Shown here: positions 25,939 through 36,600 of the stretch, in pieces
Layout of the letters: each line of letters begins with the position of its first letter
How positions within the stretch are numbered: the first letter of the stretch is position 1
IMG/VR virus record: IMGVR_UViG_3300023179_000032
Coordinates: 1-64,000 of that record
Length of the DNA stretch: 64,000 bases
Origin: a virus
Strand: one strand, 5' to 3'
The notes under the pieces: generated by a model
The model's input: the letters and a program-made list of their open reading frames with translations, nothing else
Told to the model about the DNA's origin: nothing
Databases searched by the model: none
Made by a program: the position numbers and the translations under genes

Positions 25939-26742
25939 ATGGATATGCCTACACTTTTTGGTAATTTACCTGATTCTGATTCTTTATTTTATATTGCTGC
26001 TGATGAAAACTATTTTAATGACTATGGAAAAGCCTTAGCCAACAGTATTCGTACTTATTTTAATTTAGAAATACACTTTCATCTATATAACCCCAGTAAA
26101 GAAACTTTAGACTATTGTAAAAATAGAAATTATTCAGTATCTTATGAATACTTTAGCCATCAATTTGTAGAAAGAGCATTTGAATATTATAAATTACCTA
26201 ATAGAGATATAGAGATTAATCGAAGACGAGATAAAATGATAAAATTAGGCGAAGACATTGAAAAGATTAGATCAGAGCTAGTTAAAACCTATTACGCCTG
26301 TGCAAGATTCGTAAGATTACATCAATTATTGACTAGGCCTACTTATATAATAATGTTAGATACTGATAGTTTAGTAAGAAAGTCCTTTCCATTGCCAGAT
26401 AATCAATATGACATACATATTTTTGAAAAAACACATAGTAAACATGTTGATTATACACAACATTTGGCTAGTACAATTTTTTATACTGGAACTTTGGCCA
26501 GTAGACGTCTAATTAGAGATCATGCTAACTTAATTTTAGAAGAATTTAAGAAAGATACTTTTTATTGGTTCCTAGATCAGGAAACTTTAGATATTGTTAT
26601 ACAAAAATATAGAAAAAATCCATTATTACAAGAATTTGTGGATTTTGAGTTCAGTAATCACAGTCATATTTGGTGTGCTAAGGGTCCTAGGAAAAATTTA
26701 ACTCTCTGGCATAGAGAAATCACCAAATTTCAAAGTTCATAA
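25939..26742 (+). CDS. GT-A-type glycosyltransferase
   Basis: IMLDTDSL DxD motif, WFLDQETL; start moved from 25888 to 25939. Confidence 0.65.
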   Translation: MDMPTLFGNLPDSDSLFYIAADENYFNDYGKALANSIRTYFNLEIHFHLYNPSKETLDYCKNRNYSVSYEYFSHQFVERAFEYYKLPNRDIEINRRRDKMIKLGEDIEKIRSELVKTYYACARFVRLHQLLTRPTYIIMLDTDSLVRKSFPLPDNQYDIHIFEKTHSKHVDYTQHLASTIFYTGTLASRRLIRDHANLILEEFKKDTFYWFLDQETLDIVIQKYRKNPLLQEFVDFEFSNHSHIWCAKGPRKNLTLWHREITKFQSS

Positions 26743-27644
26743 AAGTTTTTGAATCTATTCCAGTATTTTCCTGACTTAATTTCTTCATTACTCCAATGAA
26801 TATTGGCAATTTTGTGCAACCAAGTATTTCTATCAGGTAGAGGGGGATCTTCTAGTTGGCTCAAGTTTGAAAATGACATTTCTCTGGCCCAACTATTCAA
26901 ACTATTGTCCAAATAAACTGGAATTCCCTCAATTACACTGGCACAATTAGGTGTGCTATTGTATCCTATACTACACCAAGCATTTTTCAGGTCAAATTTA
27001 ATAGACTCGTTGGAAGAAACTGAAACATTACTCTTTCCAAACAGTTCTAAAATTTTTTTCTTGTTTTCATTGTTGTATGTATGGTCTCCTGGGTGTAATC
27101 TAACCACAATCTTTCTATCTGTCTTTTCTTTCAAGCGAATAATCATAGAAATTATCCAATTTAGACCATTTTTGTTTAACATATTCCAACTTAGGGTTCG
27201 CTGACCTAAAATTAAGATATGTTCACCATTTTTACGCCAAGGCTCTACGATTATTTTATGTTCTTTCAATATTTTTTCTAATTTTTCAGGATCTTTACTA
27301 TCCCCTAAAAAATATTCACCATCTGTTGGATAAACGCTATCAACACTGTATCTATGATAAGAATAACTGGGATAACTATAGCTAAAAATATTGCTATCAA
27401 CAAATATAATTTTTGCCTTCATTAATTTTAAGGTATCAATTATTTTTCGTCTATAATTATTTTCCAAAGTGTAGCCTAAGACAAATCCAGCATCTAAATG
27501 GTCTATAATCTGAGGCCTATTCCTATATTCCTTGATAATATCACCGTGTTTTGCCACCCCATCCCTAAAAACATCCATTAGTAGCTGTTTGTGTGGAGCT
27601 TTATGAATATTACTGATAGAACTATAAAATATTCCAACTTTCAT
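26730..27644 (-). CDS. KpsS/KpsC-like GT-B glycosyltransferase (paralog)
   Basis: ILILGQ, VVRLHPGD, GYNSTPNCASVIEGIPV; C-term PDR..WL..I....W..EEI..G shared with 25070..25921. Confidence 0.65.
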   Translation of the reverse strand: MKVGIFYSSISNIHKAPHKQLLMDVFRDGVAKHGDIIKEYRNRPQIIDHLDAGFVLGYTLENNYRRKIIDTLKLMKAKIIFVDSNIFSYSYPSYSYHRYSVDSVYPTDGEYFLGDSKDPEKLEKILKEHKIIVEPWRKNGEHILILGQRTLSWNMLNKNGLNWIISMIIRLKEKTDRKIVVRLHPGDHTYNNENKKKILELFGKSNVSVSSNESIKFDLKNAWCSIGYNSTPNCASVIEGIPVYLDNSLNSWAREMSFSNLSQLEDPPLPDRNTWLHKIANIHWSNEEIKSGKYWNRFKNFYEL

Positions 27645-28464
27645 TTTTAACTAGCCTATCAATACCAATTAATTGAGTCAATAATGACTCCATGTTATCC
27701 ATTTTGATCATATTAGGACCATCACTAGGAGCCTTGTCTGGATCATCATGGCATTCAATAAAAACACCTGCCAAACAGCCTGTTGCTACTGCTGCTCGGG
27801 CAAGATATGAGACCATCCTGCGATCCCCGCCAGTAGAGGAACCCAATCCTCCAGGCTGTTGTACGCTGTGCGTACAATCAAATATAATAGGGTATTCAGT
27901 GCTAGCCATAATAGGCAAACTACGCATATCGACCACCAAATTGTTATATCCATGGGTATATCCTCTCTCACATAACATAATGTTATGATTGCCAGTGCTG
28001 ACTATTTTTTCTGCTACATTCTTCATATCGTGAGGGGCTAAGAATTGACCTTTCTTAACGTTAATTGCCGACCCAGTCTCACCTGCCGCTATTAATAAGT
28101 CAGTTTGGCGACATAGATAAGCAGGTATTTGTAATACGTCTATTCCAGCATCAGCCACTATACGTGCTTGATAACTTTCATGTATGTCAGTGAGTACAGG
28201 AATGTTAAAGTTATCCTTAATATCTCTAAGTATGCGTAGCCCACGATCTATACCAATGCCTCTTTTACCATTCACACTGGATCGGTTGGCTTTATCAAAA
28301 CTACTTTTAAAAATTAAAGATATACCCAATTTCTCTGTTATACCCTTTAATTCTAATGCTAGATAAAAAGCATGATCACGTGATTCTATTTGACAGGGTC
28401 CTGCTATCAATACTATGGGTAATTTATTAGATATTGATATATTCCCAACTTTAAATTCTTTCAT
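27622..28464 (-). CDS. kdsA: Kdo-8-phosphate synthase
   Basis: IAGPCQIES, FKSSFDKANRSS, TDIHE, QIPAYLCRQTDL, VKKGQFLAP, LCERG, FDCTHSVQQPGG, FIECH..PDKAPSDG. Confidence 0.97.
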   Translation of the reverse strand: MKEFKVGNISISNKLPIVLIAGPCQIESRDHAFYLALELKGITEKLGISLIFKSSFDKANRSSVNGKRGIGIDRGLRILRDIKDNFNIPVLTDIHESYQARIVADAGIDVLQIPAYLCRQTDLLIAAGETGSAINVKKGQFLAPHDMKNVAEKIVSTGNHNIMLCERGYTHGYNNLVVDMRSLPIMASTEYPIIFDCTHSVQQPGGLGSSTGGDRRMVSYLARAAVATGCLAGVFIECHDDPDKAPSDGPNMIKMDNMESLLTQLIGIDRLVKNESWNIL

Positions 28465-29212
28465 TTATTTGTCTTTCAATTTCTAAAATTAATTCATCAT
28501 TTACTAATTTAGCTTTTTCTTCAATCATATCATTAATTATAAAAGTTTTATCATTATAAAAAGCTCGTAGTAATTTGGGAATTTTACTTCCGTAGTGTAC
28601 GGTTCCTAGCTCATATGTATGTAGACCACCACCATGATCTGTGTTTTTAATTTTATAACTAGGATATTTACTGAATAAACTTTCTACAGCCTGTCCATCA
28701 TAATATCTTTTAAATTCAAAAATTTTTCCGCTTTCCCAAATGTTTTCATAATCAAAAATTAGTTGATCTAATCTTTTATCTCTCATATTAACTATAATAT
28801 GACCTGCATCTAATTTGTTTAATTGACTTTGTCCTGTTGCCCAAATTAAATTATTTTCTTTTATATTGTTTAATATATTATAAAATTCGTTAAGGTTAAA
28901 ATTAAAAACTTCAACGTCTGTATCCAGCAATACTACCCAATTATATTGACGTAAATTTTTTAATGCCCAAATTTGACTCTGCATTTTACGCCAAAAATTT
29001 AAAGGTTTAGTACGTCTACATTTTTTAACAAAGTTGCTTTCTCTATTATAAGAATATTCCCAATCTATAATTTTAATATCTTTTATATCTATGTCATAAC
29101 TATCGTGTACTATATACTTGTTACCTGGAAGCTTAGTCCAAGAGGGTATACAATACTGTGCAATTAATTTAAAATAGCTGGCATCAGCTAATCCTGACCA
29201 AGCGATACTCAA
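28451..29212 (-). CDS. GT-A-type glycosyltransferase-like protein
   Basis: VVLLDTDVEV DxD, DAGHIIVN, YDGQAV. Confidence 0.6.
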   Translation of the reverse strand: MSIAWSGLADASYFKLIAQYCIPSWTKLPGNKYIVHDSYDIDIKDIKIIDWEYSYNRESNFVKKCRRTKPLNFWRKMQSQIWALKNLRQYNWVVLLDTDVEVFNFNLNEFYNILNNIKENNLIWATGQSQLNKLDAGHIIVNMRDKRLDQLIFDYENIWESGKIFEFKRYYDGQAVESLFSKYPSYKIKNTDHGGGLHTYELGTVHYGSKIPKLLRAFYNDKTFIINDMIEEKAKLVNDELILEIERQINERI

Positions 29213-29240
29213 GATAAATTCCTTAACTATGGAATATTTA

Positions 29241-29786
29241 TCAAGTGCTTTTTTTGAAAAATAATCCTGTTCTTTGTATAAAAGGTTTTTTCATTGTGCT
29301 AATTTTACGGATTGTTGCAGTTATAACATCGTCGTAAATTAGATCATATTTTTTAAAAACATCTATCCAATATTCAGCAGTTTGACAATTTACATGATGA
29401 TAACCTGGTGCTCCTGGTGGGGCGTGGGTAATTACAGCTATTTTTCCTGCTGCTATAGTTTGCATAAAATTATCAACATATTGTTCTTCAACGTGCTCAA
29501 CAAATTCACAGCTCCAACATACGTCATATTCTTCATCTAATTTTAAAGGACCTACGGTATAGTCATGAATTATAAATTTATCTTTATCAAATCTTTTTAA
29601 TGTGTAGTCACCATCAATACCTAATGATTTCAGCCCTTTACGATGGGCCAGTTCTACCATACCACCGGGTCCACACCCTACATCTAAAAATGATCGTATA
29701 TCATAATTCTTAATAAGATATTTAAAAGTTCCCTCATCAACGTGAGTTTTATTTAAATGACCACCTAAATGTGTTGGTAAATTCAT
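29241..29786 (-). CDS. class I SAM-dependent methyltransferase
   Basis: FLDVGCGPG motif I, GIDG, YDVCWSCEFVEH. Confidence 0.9.
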   Translation of the reverse strand: MNLPTHLGGHLNKTHVDEGTFKYLIKNYDIRSFLDVGCGPGGMVELAHRKGLKSLGIDGDYTLKRFDKDKFIIHDYTVGPLKLDEEYDVCWSCEFVEHVEEQYVDNFMQTIAAGKIAVITHAPPGAPGYHHVNCQTAEYWIDVFKKYDLIYDDVITATIRKISTMKKPFIQRTGLFFKKST

Positions 29787-30466
29787 TTTGAAATTTGCTC
29801 ACAATAGATAGTTTTTTCATATTCACGTTGCCAATCTTCAGCCATATCTGTGTTTTTAAATTCGTTAAAACTAGGGGCGCCCAATGTATAGTGTAAAAGA
29901 TTTGCCTGATCATTTGGACCAAACTCGTCTGGTAGCCAATTCCACTCTATAGGTAATTCGCCTATCATGTCATCCTTCAACCATTCAAATCTATGTAAAT
30001 GACTTCCCGTAGATTTCATAACATATTCAGGTGTTAATATCCTATTAGCTTGTGTAAAACAGTTCCAAATAATCACACTACTCCAGTTTTTCCTAGGATA
30101 ATCTTCATTTTTACTGCCAAGGTATTTTACAGGCATACGTGTTTTATAATTATGCTTAACTACTTGAACATCATAGCCTATTTCTCTTTGATTCCATAAT
30201 TCCACTATATCTCTTTTGATGATCATGTCTCCATCTATATAGATAGCATATCCATCATAACCTGTAAGGTACGGAACTAAGAATCTACTATAGATAAAAG
30301 CATTACTGCCGTCTTTATGCGTTTCTTCGTATTCTTTAAATAAATTTAGAGCTAGAGGAATAATACTAACAGGTTGGCTAGCATATCTTATTATGCTATT
30401 TGCACAAACGTGAAATACAATAGCTTCCCGCGGATCATAGCCTATAAATATAGGAATTGTATTCAT
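29783..30466 (-). CDS. glycosyltransferase (GT8-like, GT-A)
   Basis: IFIGYDPRE, SRFLVP, YIDGDMI, NWSSV, LHYTLG.P. Confidence 0.85.
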   Translation of the reverse strand: MNTIPIFIGYDPREAIVFHVCANSIIRYASQPVSIIPLALNLFKEYEETHKDGSNAFIYSRFLVPYLTGYDGYAIYIDGDMIIKRDIVELWNQREIGYDVQVVKHNYKTRMPVKYLGSKNEDYPRKNWSSVIIWNCFTQANRILTPEYVMKSTGSHLHRFEWLKDDMIGELPIEWNWLPDEFGPNDQANLLHYTLGAPSFNEFKNTDMAEDWQREYEKTIYCEQISK

Positions 30467-30804
30467 TTACGTTCAATATCTTCTTCGACACACTTGCGTC
30501 CGTATTGAATTTCAACAATCTTAATAGGTACATCACCTTCATTGACTAGCTGATGCCATTCTTCGTAATCAATGAACAAACTATCAAATTCTTTATATGG
30601 TCCCATACGAACAATCTCACCATTTGAGTTCAATGTGTTTACATACCCCTCGCCTTCCATAAAGAACCAAAATTCTTTACGATCAAAATGTCTCTGTAGG
30701 CTTAATTTACTATGTGGATTGCAAACTAGTTCTTTTACCTTAGTTGCAGGACCATTTTCATAAAATACTGTATAATGACCCCAAGTTTTATCTACTTTTT
30801 CCAT
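30463..30804 (-). CDS. cupin, mannose-6-phosphate isomerase type II C-terminal-like
   Basis: KTWGHY, LSLQRH..RKEFW, WHQL, IVEIQYG..CVEEDIER. Confidence 0.85.
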   Translation of the reverse strand: MEKVDKTWGHYTVFYENGPATKVKELVCNPHSKLSLQRHFDRKEFWFFMEGEGYVNTLNSNGEIVRMGPYKEFDSLFIDYEEWHQLVNEGDVPIKIVEIQYGRKCVEEDIERK

Positions 30805-30818
30805 AGATTATTTATGGA

Positions 30819-31775
30819 TTAGGTTTGATTCCAAGTTGTAGGTATTGAATATAAAACAGGACTTACTGAGACATAACTACCACTTGCATGATCCTGTGTA
30901 TAAAAACTATTCATTGTTCCTTTGACTGGCTCATCTTCAGCTGGTCCTGCTAAAAATCCAGGCCTTTGATCTCCAGTATCTATGTCATACCAAGTGCATT
31001 TAAAATCAATATATCCACTAAATCTTTGAGCTGTGATATTAAAATAGTTCTCCGTGTACACATTTTCACCAGAAGCATTTCTTCTATAAATTTCAACAGC
31101 TGATCCACCTAATGTTAACCCATAAAATCCTGCAGGTGGTGTTACACTATTACCTGATCCTGAAACAGAATTATGATTAATAGTAATAGTTGAAACATTT
31201 GTCATTAAAGTTTGCCAATTTAAACTCTTTGAATAACTAGCATCATTGGAGGCAGGGAGAGATGTTAAAGAAAATCTTAATTTTAATACTCCACCTGCAT
31301 TAAAAAAATATTTTAATCCTCTCTCTTGACCATCACTGTTCATGTCAGCACCAGTAACACGTATGGTCAAACTTAATCTACCTGTCGAGCCGCCACCTCC
31401 CCAACTAGTAATTGAGGAAGCACTGGTTCCTTCTGCTGGAGTACTATATTGACTACTGTGTATGACTCTATTATTTGTGACACAGGCATCTGCCATGGTG
31501 TTTATCGCCTGTAATTGAGTAGCATAAGTTATAATATCTCCAGATGAGATTGATGCTAAAGTTGCTGATGTACCTATTTGATGAACTCTTGAATTTAAAA
31601 CATAATTTCTAAGATTTTGCCATTCTGTTGCCGAAATCACTACATCATTGGCTGCGGGGTTAGCCGCCATTGTTTGCCCATATCCTGTATCATTTCTGCC
31701 ATAAACAGGAACTATTTTATTATATACTGAAGTATAATCTGTGTCCTCAACGAGTTGACCTTGACCAAATGCCAT
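30819..31775 (-). CDS. tail fibre/appendage structural protein
   Basis: S/T/G/N-rich; end of fibre operon; AAAAGGA SD. Confidence 0.6.
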   Translation of the reverse strand: MAFGQGQLVEDTDYTSVYNKIVPVYGRNDTGYGQTMAANPAANDVVISATEWQNLRNYVLNSRVHQIGTSATLASISSGDIITYATQLQAINTMADACVTNNRVIHSSQYSTPAEGTSASSITSWGGGGSTGRLSLTIRVTGADMNSDGQERGLKYFFNAGGVLKLRFSLTSLPASNDASYSKSLNWQTLMTNVSTITINHNSVSGSGNSVTPPAGFYGLTLGGSAVEIYRRNASGENVYTENYFNITAQRFSGYIDFKCTWYDIDTGDQRPGFLAGPAEDEPVKGTMNSFYTQDHASGSYVSVSPVLYSIPTTWNQT

Positions 31776-31787
31776 GATTGTTCCTTT

Positions 31788-33638
31788 TTATAATATTACT
31801 GCTTCAATTAGTTTTACATTATGGTCATCTGATGCTTCCAGTGCAATGGCGAACACATCGCCAGAATACACAGGACTTACTGTCGCTGCCCCATCTTCAC
31901 CTGCTATTAGTTTTTGACCTTTAATCACTGCACCACGTACTTTCACTGGTACACGCCCCTTCAGTGCTACTGCTGTTCCATCTTTCAATTCACTATTCAT
32001 TAGATAGGCAGGTTTAGCACTGACAACTCCAATTGCCCTACGACCTACCTGACAAGCTGTTACTTCTTTTTCGCCACCTATCATTAAAACTGTTCCTATT
32101 TCATATTCATTATCGGCTAGATAATTCTCTGCCAAGTCTGCATATTTAGCTCTATTAGCAGTACCGTCTAAAAAATCTACTGTTAGAGTTCTATTTCCTG
32201 GATTATAAGTAATACCTGTTGTATGAACTTTAAAACTTTGTGGACCTGTAGTACTGCCTACAAATGTCATAAAATAATTACCTGGATTAGTCTCGTTAGC
32301 TACTAACAGCTGACTAGCCTGTATACTAGGTAATAAATCTAAAACATTTTTCCAAACCAGTGTATTGGAAGGACCTGCTGTTAAAACTTGATTTGATGAT
32401 CCTAAATTTAAAAAAGCAGTAACATTCTCTGCACTTTGATATAAAAGTTTGCCAGTATCACCCCCCACTACGTTATTAGCACGTTGGGCGGTACCAATAA
32501 ATTGATTAGCAGTTAAATTGCCTGAGCCATCTCTTACGGCCACTGTGTTAATAGTAGCTGCATCCGTAGCAGTTCTATAGTTTCCATTGACTAATAGTTC
32601 TATAGCCTTATCTGCAACACCACGGAATGTGCCGTAAAAATTTTCAGAATATACTTCAGAAAATCTGTTATTTGATCCTGTACCAATTTTAGATACACCG
32701 TGTTCTCCAGGAAGAATATCAGTACCTAATAGTTTTAAGCTTGTTTTTGGTATTGTGCTAGTACTAAGTTTAGTTTTAAAAATTAATCCTATATCATTTG
32801 CACTGTTATAAAGAACAGGACCTGTTTCTGCTCCTCGTTGATAGGTGAAACTTATTTCATCATTGTTACCTAATATCCAACCAGGATCCTTAAATCTTAC
32901 CACCGTATTAAATATAACATCACCTGATTTTATAAAATCTTCAGCAGTTAATAAAGCACCAGTGCTGTCTACAAGACCTCTTGCAGAACTAGCAGTGGCC
33001 CATAATATCCAAGGATTATTACTGAGATTATCACTAATACCATAGCTGTTTGTGTTGGCCAGTGTAATACCTTTCTTTATCAATGTGAAAGCATTGTCAG
33101 TTCTAAGAGGACTATCTGATCTTAGATTAAACCCACTGTTACTGATAATAAAAACTACAGCAGCATTTACATATGCTTTTACAATGGGTCTGGCAATATT
33201 TTGATCATCAAAAACACTTTCACTACGTAATTCAGTAGCACCTGCATTTTCTACAGCCTGAGGTCCGACTAGGATGTATTCATCACCATCCCAAGCAAAC
33301 AATTGATTAGTGCTGGTATTAAACCAAAAATCACCCACACTTAATCCGCTGGGCTGTGTTTGTCCTACTTCAGCGCCACCAGTAGTTCTAAACTGCGTAC
33401 CATCATAAAATTTAAGTTTTTTACCTAAACTATCATACCATAATTGACCTGTAACTTTACGAGGTGGCGCTGTGGTCCCTGCAAAGTTTTCCAGCATATG
33501 GACCATGTTTTCATTTTGAATTTCGCCATAACCAGCATAATTTTTACCCACTAGTCTAATATCTAGTGTGTTATCTACAGTTCCGTCCTCTACTGTAGCG
33601 ACTTTTACGCCGTTAAATTTATTAATATTATATGGCAT
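31788..33638 (-). CDS. tail fibre with C-terminal intramolecular chaperone (peptidase G2/S74-like)
   Basis: Shared N-terminal GKNY.GYGE..NEN...LENF...P...GQLW(F/Y)D domain; C-term YADLAENY...GVVS.KPAY.MN..VALKGRVPVKV. Confidence 0.8.
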   Translation of the reverse strand: MPYNINKFNGVKVATVEDGTVDNTLDIRLVGKNYAGYGEIQNENMVHMLENFAGTTAPPRKVTGQLWYDSLGKKLKFYDGTQFRTTGGAEVGQTQPSGLSVGDFWFNTSTNQLFAWDGDEYILVGPQAVENAGATELRSESVFDDQNIARPIVKAYVNAAVVFIISNSGFNLRSDSPLRTDNAFTLIKKGITLANTNSYGISDNLSNNPWILWATASSARGLVDSTGALLTAEDFIKSGDVIFNTVVRFKDPGWILGNNDEISFTYQRGAETGPVLYNSANDIGLIFKTKLSTSTIPKTSLKLLGTDILPGEHGVSKIGTGSNNRFSEVYSENFYGTFRGVADKAIELLVNGNYRTATDAATINTVAVRDGSGNLTANQFIGTAQRANNVVGGDTGKLLYQSAENVTAFLNLGSSNQVLTAGPSNTLVWKNVLDLLPSIQASQLLVANETNPGNYFMTFVGSTTGPQSFKVHTTGITYNPGNRTLTVDFLDGTANRAKYADLAENYLADNEYEIGTVLMIGGEKEVTACQVGRRAIGVVSAKPAYLMNSELKDGTAVALKGRVPVKVRGAVIKGQKLIAGEDGAATVSPVYSGDVFAIALEASDDHNVKLIEAVIL

Positions 33639-33664
33639 CGCCCAACCCCTTTAACATATTTATT

Positions 33665-36600
33665 TTAAACTGTATCATCGTAACACCAACCTCTTTCTGA
33701 CCCTGTGTAAACTAAGGTTAGTGCAGCGCCAGCAGTATTCAATGTTAAATCTGCACCAGAACCGTTTATTTTATTACCATTTCTTATGACTTCTACTTCA
33801 AAAACACTTAAATTCTTAGCATCAATTAATCTTATTTCATCACCTGGTATTGGTTGTGTTGGATTAGTAAGATTTGGTGGTAAGCGTACTTCAAAAGCAC
33901 CATTTGTAGTGTCTATAAGTAATCTATCACCTGCATACGCATCATAATTTGTAGTTACAGATTTCCAAACTGGGCGTAATCTACCTACTATGTTTACGTT
34001 AGATGTACTGCCCCCTAAGTTTAAACTACTGTTAAGAGCTCCGCCAATTGTGAGATTATTAACCCCTGTAAACATGGATTTGTTTACATCTGTACTAACA
34101 ACATCCCCAACTACTTCTAAATTATTATTAATTTTAGCAGCATACATAACAACCGGTGATGTTGCTGTTGCCCCATACACTAGACCTAAGAAGTTAGTTG
34201 TGCCCCCTACCGTCAAATTACCGTCTTCATCAGTAGTTATGGCACTAGTTGACACCATTTCCATATCATTATTTCTAAATAATAGGCCACCGGTCGCATA
34301 ATGTTGATCATTAGGTATCAATAACATTTTACGAACTAATAAATTATTTCTTGCAATTACTACAGGAAATTGAGTTCTAGTAATATCAAAATAGCTCGTT
34401 CCCTGTTGGATTCTTCTAACAAACACGTTATTTCTTGGAGCTATAGTTAAGCCATCCTGATTAAGAGTACTATTAGTAGTAGGATATGGAGTGGTCCACC
34501 AAGATTCATTTTCTGAACCTGGTACAGGATTATCAGGAGCTCCATATTGTGAACCTGGACCAATCTGTATATTATCACACTGCCTTCCTAAATATACATT
34601 TTCTAAACTACTACCTGCAAATTCAAAAGCCTGCACATTAGAACTAGCGCTTACAAGACCTGTAATTTTACCTGCAATAGTTAAAGTACGTAATGTAACA
34701 TTACCAGTACTACCAACAGTTACTTGACCGCCAAATTCTGTTATTGTTGCGGATCCACCAGCAATAATATTTGCACTATTATTACCTATTTTTAGTGTAA
34801 GAACGTTATTAAATATACTTCCTTCTTGACTAGTACAAAAAATATCTGACCCTTGTATTTCAAGGTCACCTTCAATTACAACATTGCTAGCATTAATGTT
34901 TAGGTTACGTGAAGTTTTTCTTGTACTACCTAATTCACCAAATATATCAATAGTTAATGAATTTTGTCCTAATACTAATTGTTCAGTATTTGGAATAATA
35001 TTTGCTGTAGTTGCAGGTACCTGTGTGGTTAATACAGCGTTGAGCCCCGTTTCATCACCTATAACTAAATCTTTATATGTTTGTATTTTATTTAATACAT
35101 GAGTTTTACTTTCTGGATCATTACCGTTGCCAACATATATTCCGCCTTGATATCCTCCTGTAGCTCCACCAAAAAATATCTTTCTTGCTGTAGTATTAAG
35201 TAGATAAAAATTTCCTGTAAAGGCTGGATCCACTTTGATTTCACCAATATCTGATAATGTTAGGCCTTTTTTAGTTATTAGGTCTTCCTGAGCAGTGGTC
35301 CTGTCCATAAATTTAATACCGTAGTTAACCTGATTAGCTCCAAGTTCTAAATCAAAATTACCAATTGATGCAACTAGATTATTCTTAATTTGTATGTTGT
35401 CAATTTGATAGACACCGGTAATGTTTAAGTCACCGTTAATTTGTACATTATTTCTAAAAGTTACAACTCCATTGTTGTCACCAATAGAAATACTAGTGGC
35501 CTGCTGACCAAAATTAATAGTCTGTACAGTTTGATTCAGTAAGTTAAAAATTGAATTATCAGTTAATAAATTTTGCCCATTAATCTTTAAAGTTTTATTT
35601 ACAATAGCATCACTAATCACTTTAGTTGTGCCTAAAGTTTTGCCAATTGTAATATCATCCGCTGCACCACCAAAATTTATTATTCTTGCATCACTATTAA
35701 AAACATTGATAGTGGCTTCTAATGTAGTGGTTAAGTCACCTCTAATTTTAGTTTCACCACCAATATCTAAAGTAGATTCTGGACTGCTATTAAAAATTCC
35801 TACTTTAGATCCAGCTGCTTTGATAAACACCGCATCGTGGAAGGTAGTTCCATCTTTTACAGTTATTAAAAAGTTTTGATCAGCTCTATTATTTCTTAGC
35901 CTAACAGGAGGATTTAGTGTACTGGCTTCAGGTGGACGTTCCATCTCAAAAGTTAAATTCGGTCCCCACCCTAAACTTAATGGTTTGTTAAGTAAGTCTC
36001 CAGGACTAAGAGTATTTGCTCCGGATACACTTAATCTACCATCAATAAGGTTATTTCCAGTAACTTTAACAAACTCGTCTACACTAATTGGTTGACCAAA
36101 GTTGTCAACTAAACTTTTAGCTCTAGCTGCTGTGACATCGAACTCAAAACCTATGCTTAATGGTGTAAACCCTTTCTTTATGTCACCTGTAACTAATTCA
36201 CTAGCTAGTTTGACACCCTCACCTACTGTATAGTTTGGTGTGAATTCTTCATTACTAAACACACCTACTAGAATATTTCCTAATTTAAGTTTGGCAATTA
36301 TATGGTTGCTGCCTGTTATATCTTTTACAGTGGCTATTTCAAAACCAGATACACCTTGTTGTTCTGTGTATAAAGGACCTGCTAATCTTAATCCGTTACC
36401 ATCATTAAAAAATAACTGCCTTGTTTCGTTATTAAACCAAAAATCACCAACCGTTGTGCTGGGTTGTGAGCTACTAACTATAGGTCTAGCAAATGCTATA
36501 AATTCATTGCCATTATAAATTTTAAGAGTATTGTCACTTGAATCAAACCATAATTGACCCTTTAATGGGCTGGTTGGAGGTTCATTATTAGAAAAGTTTT

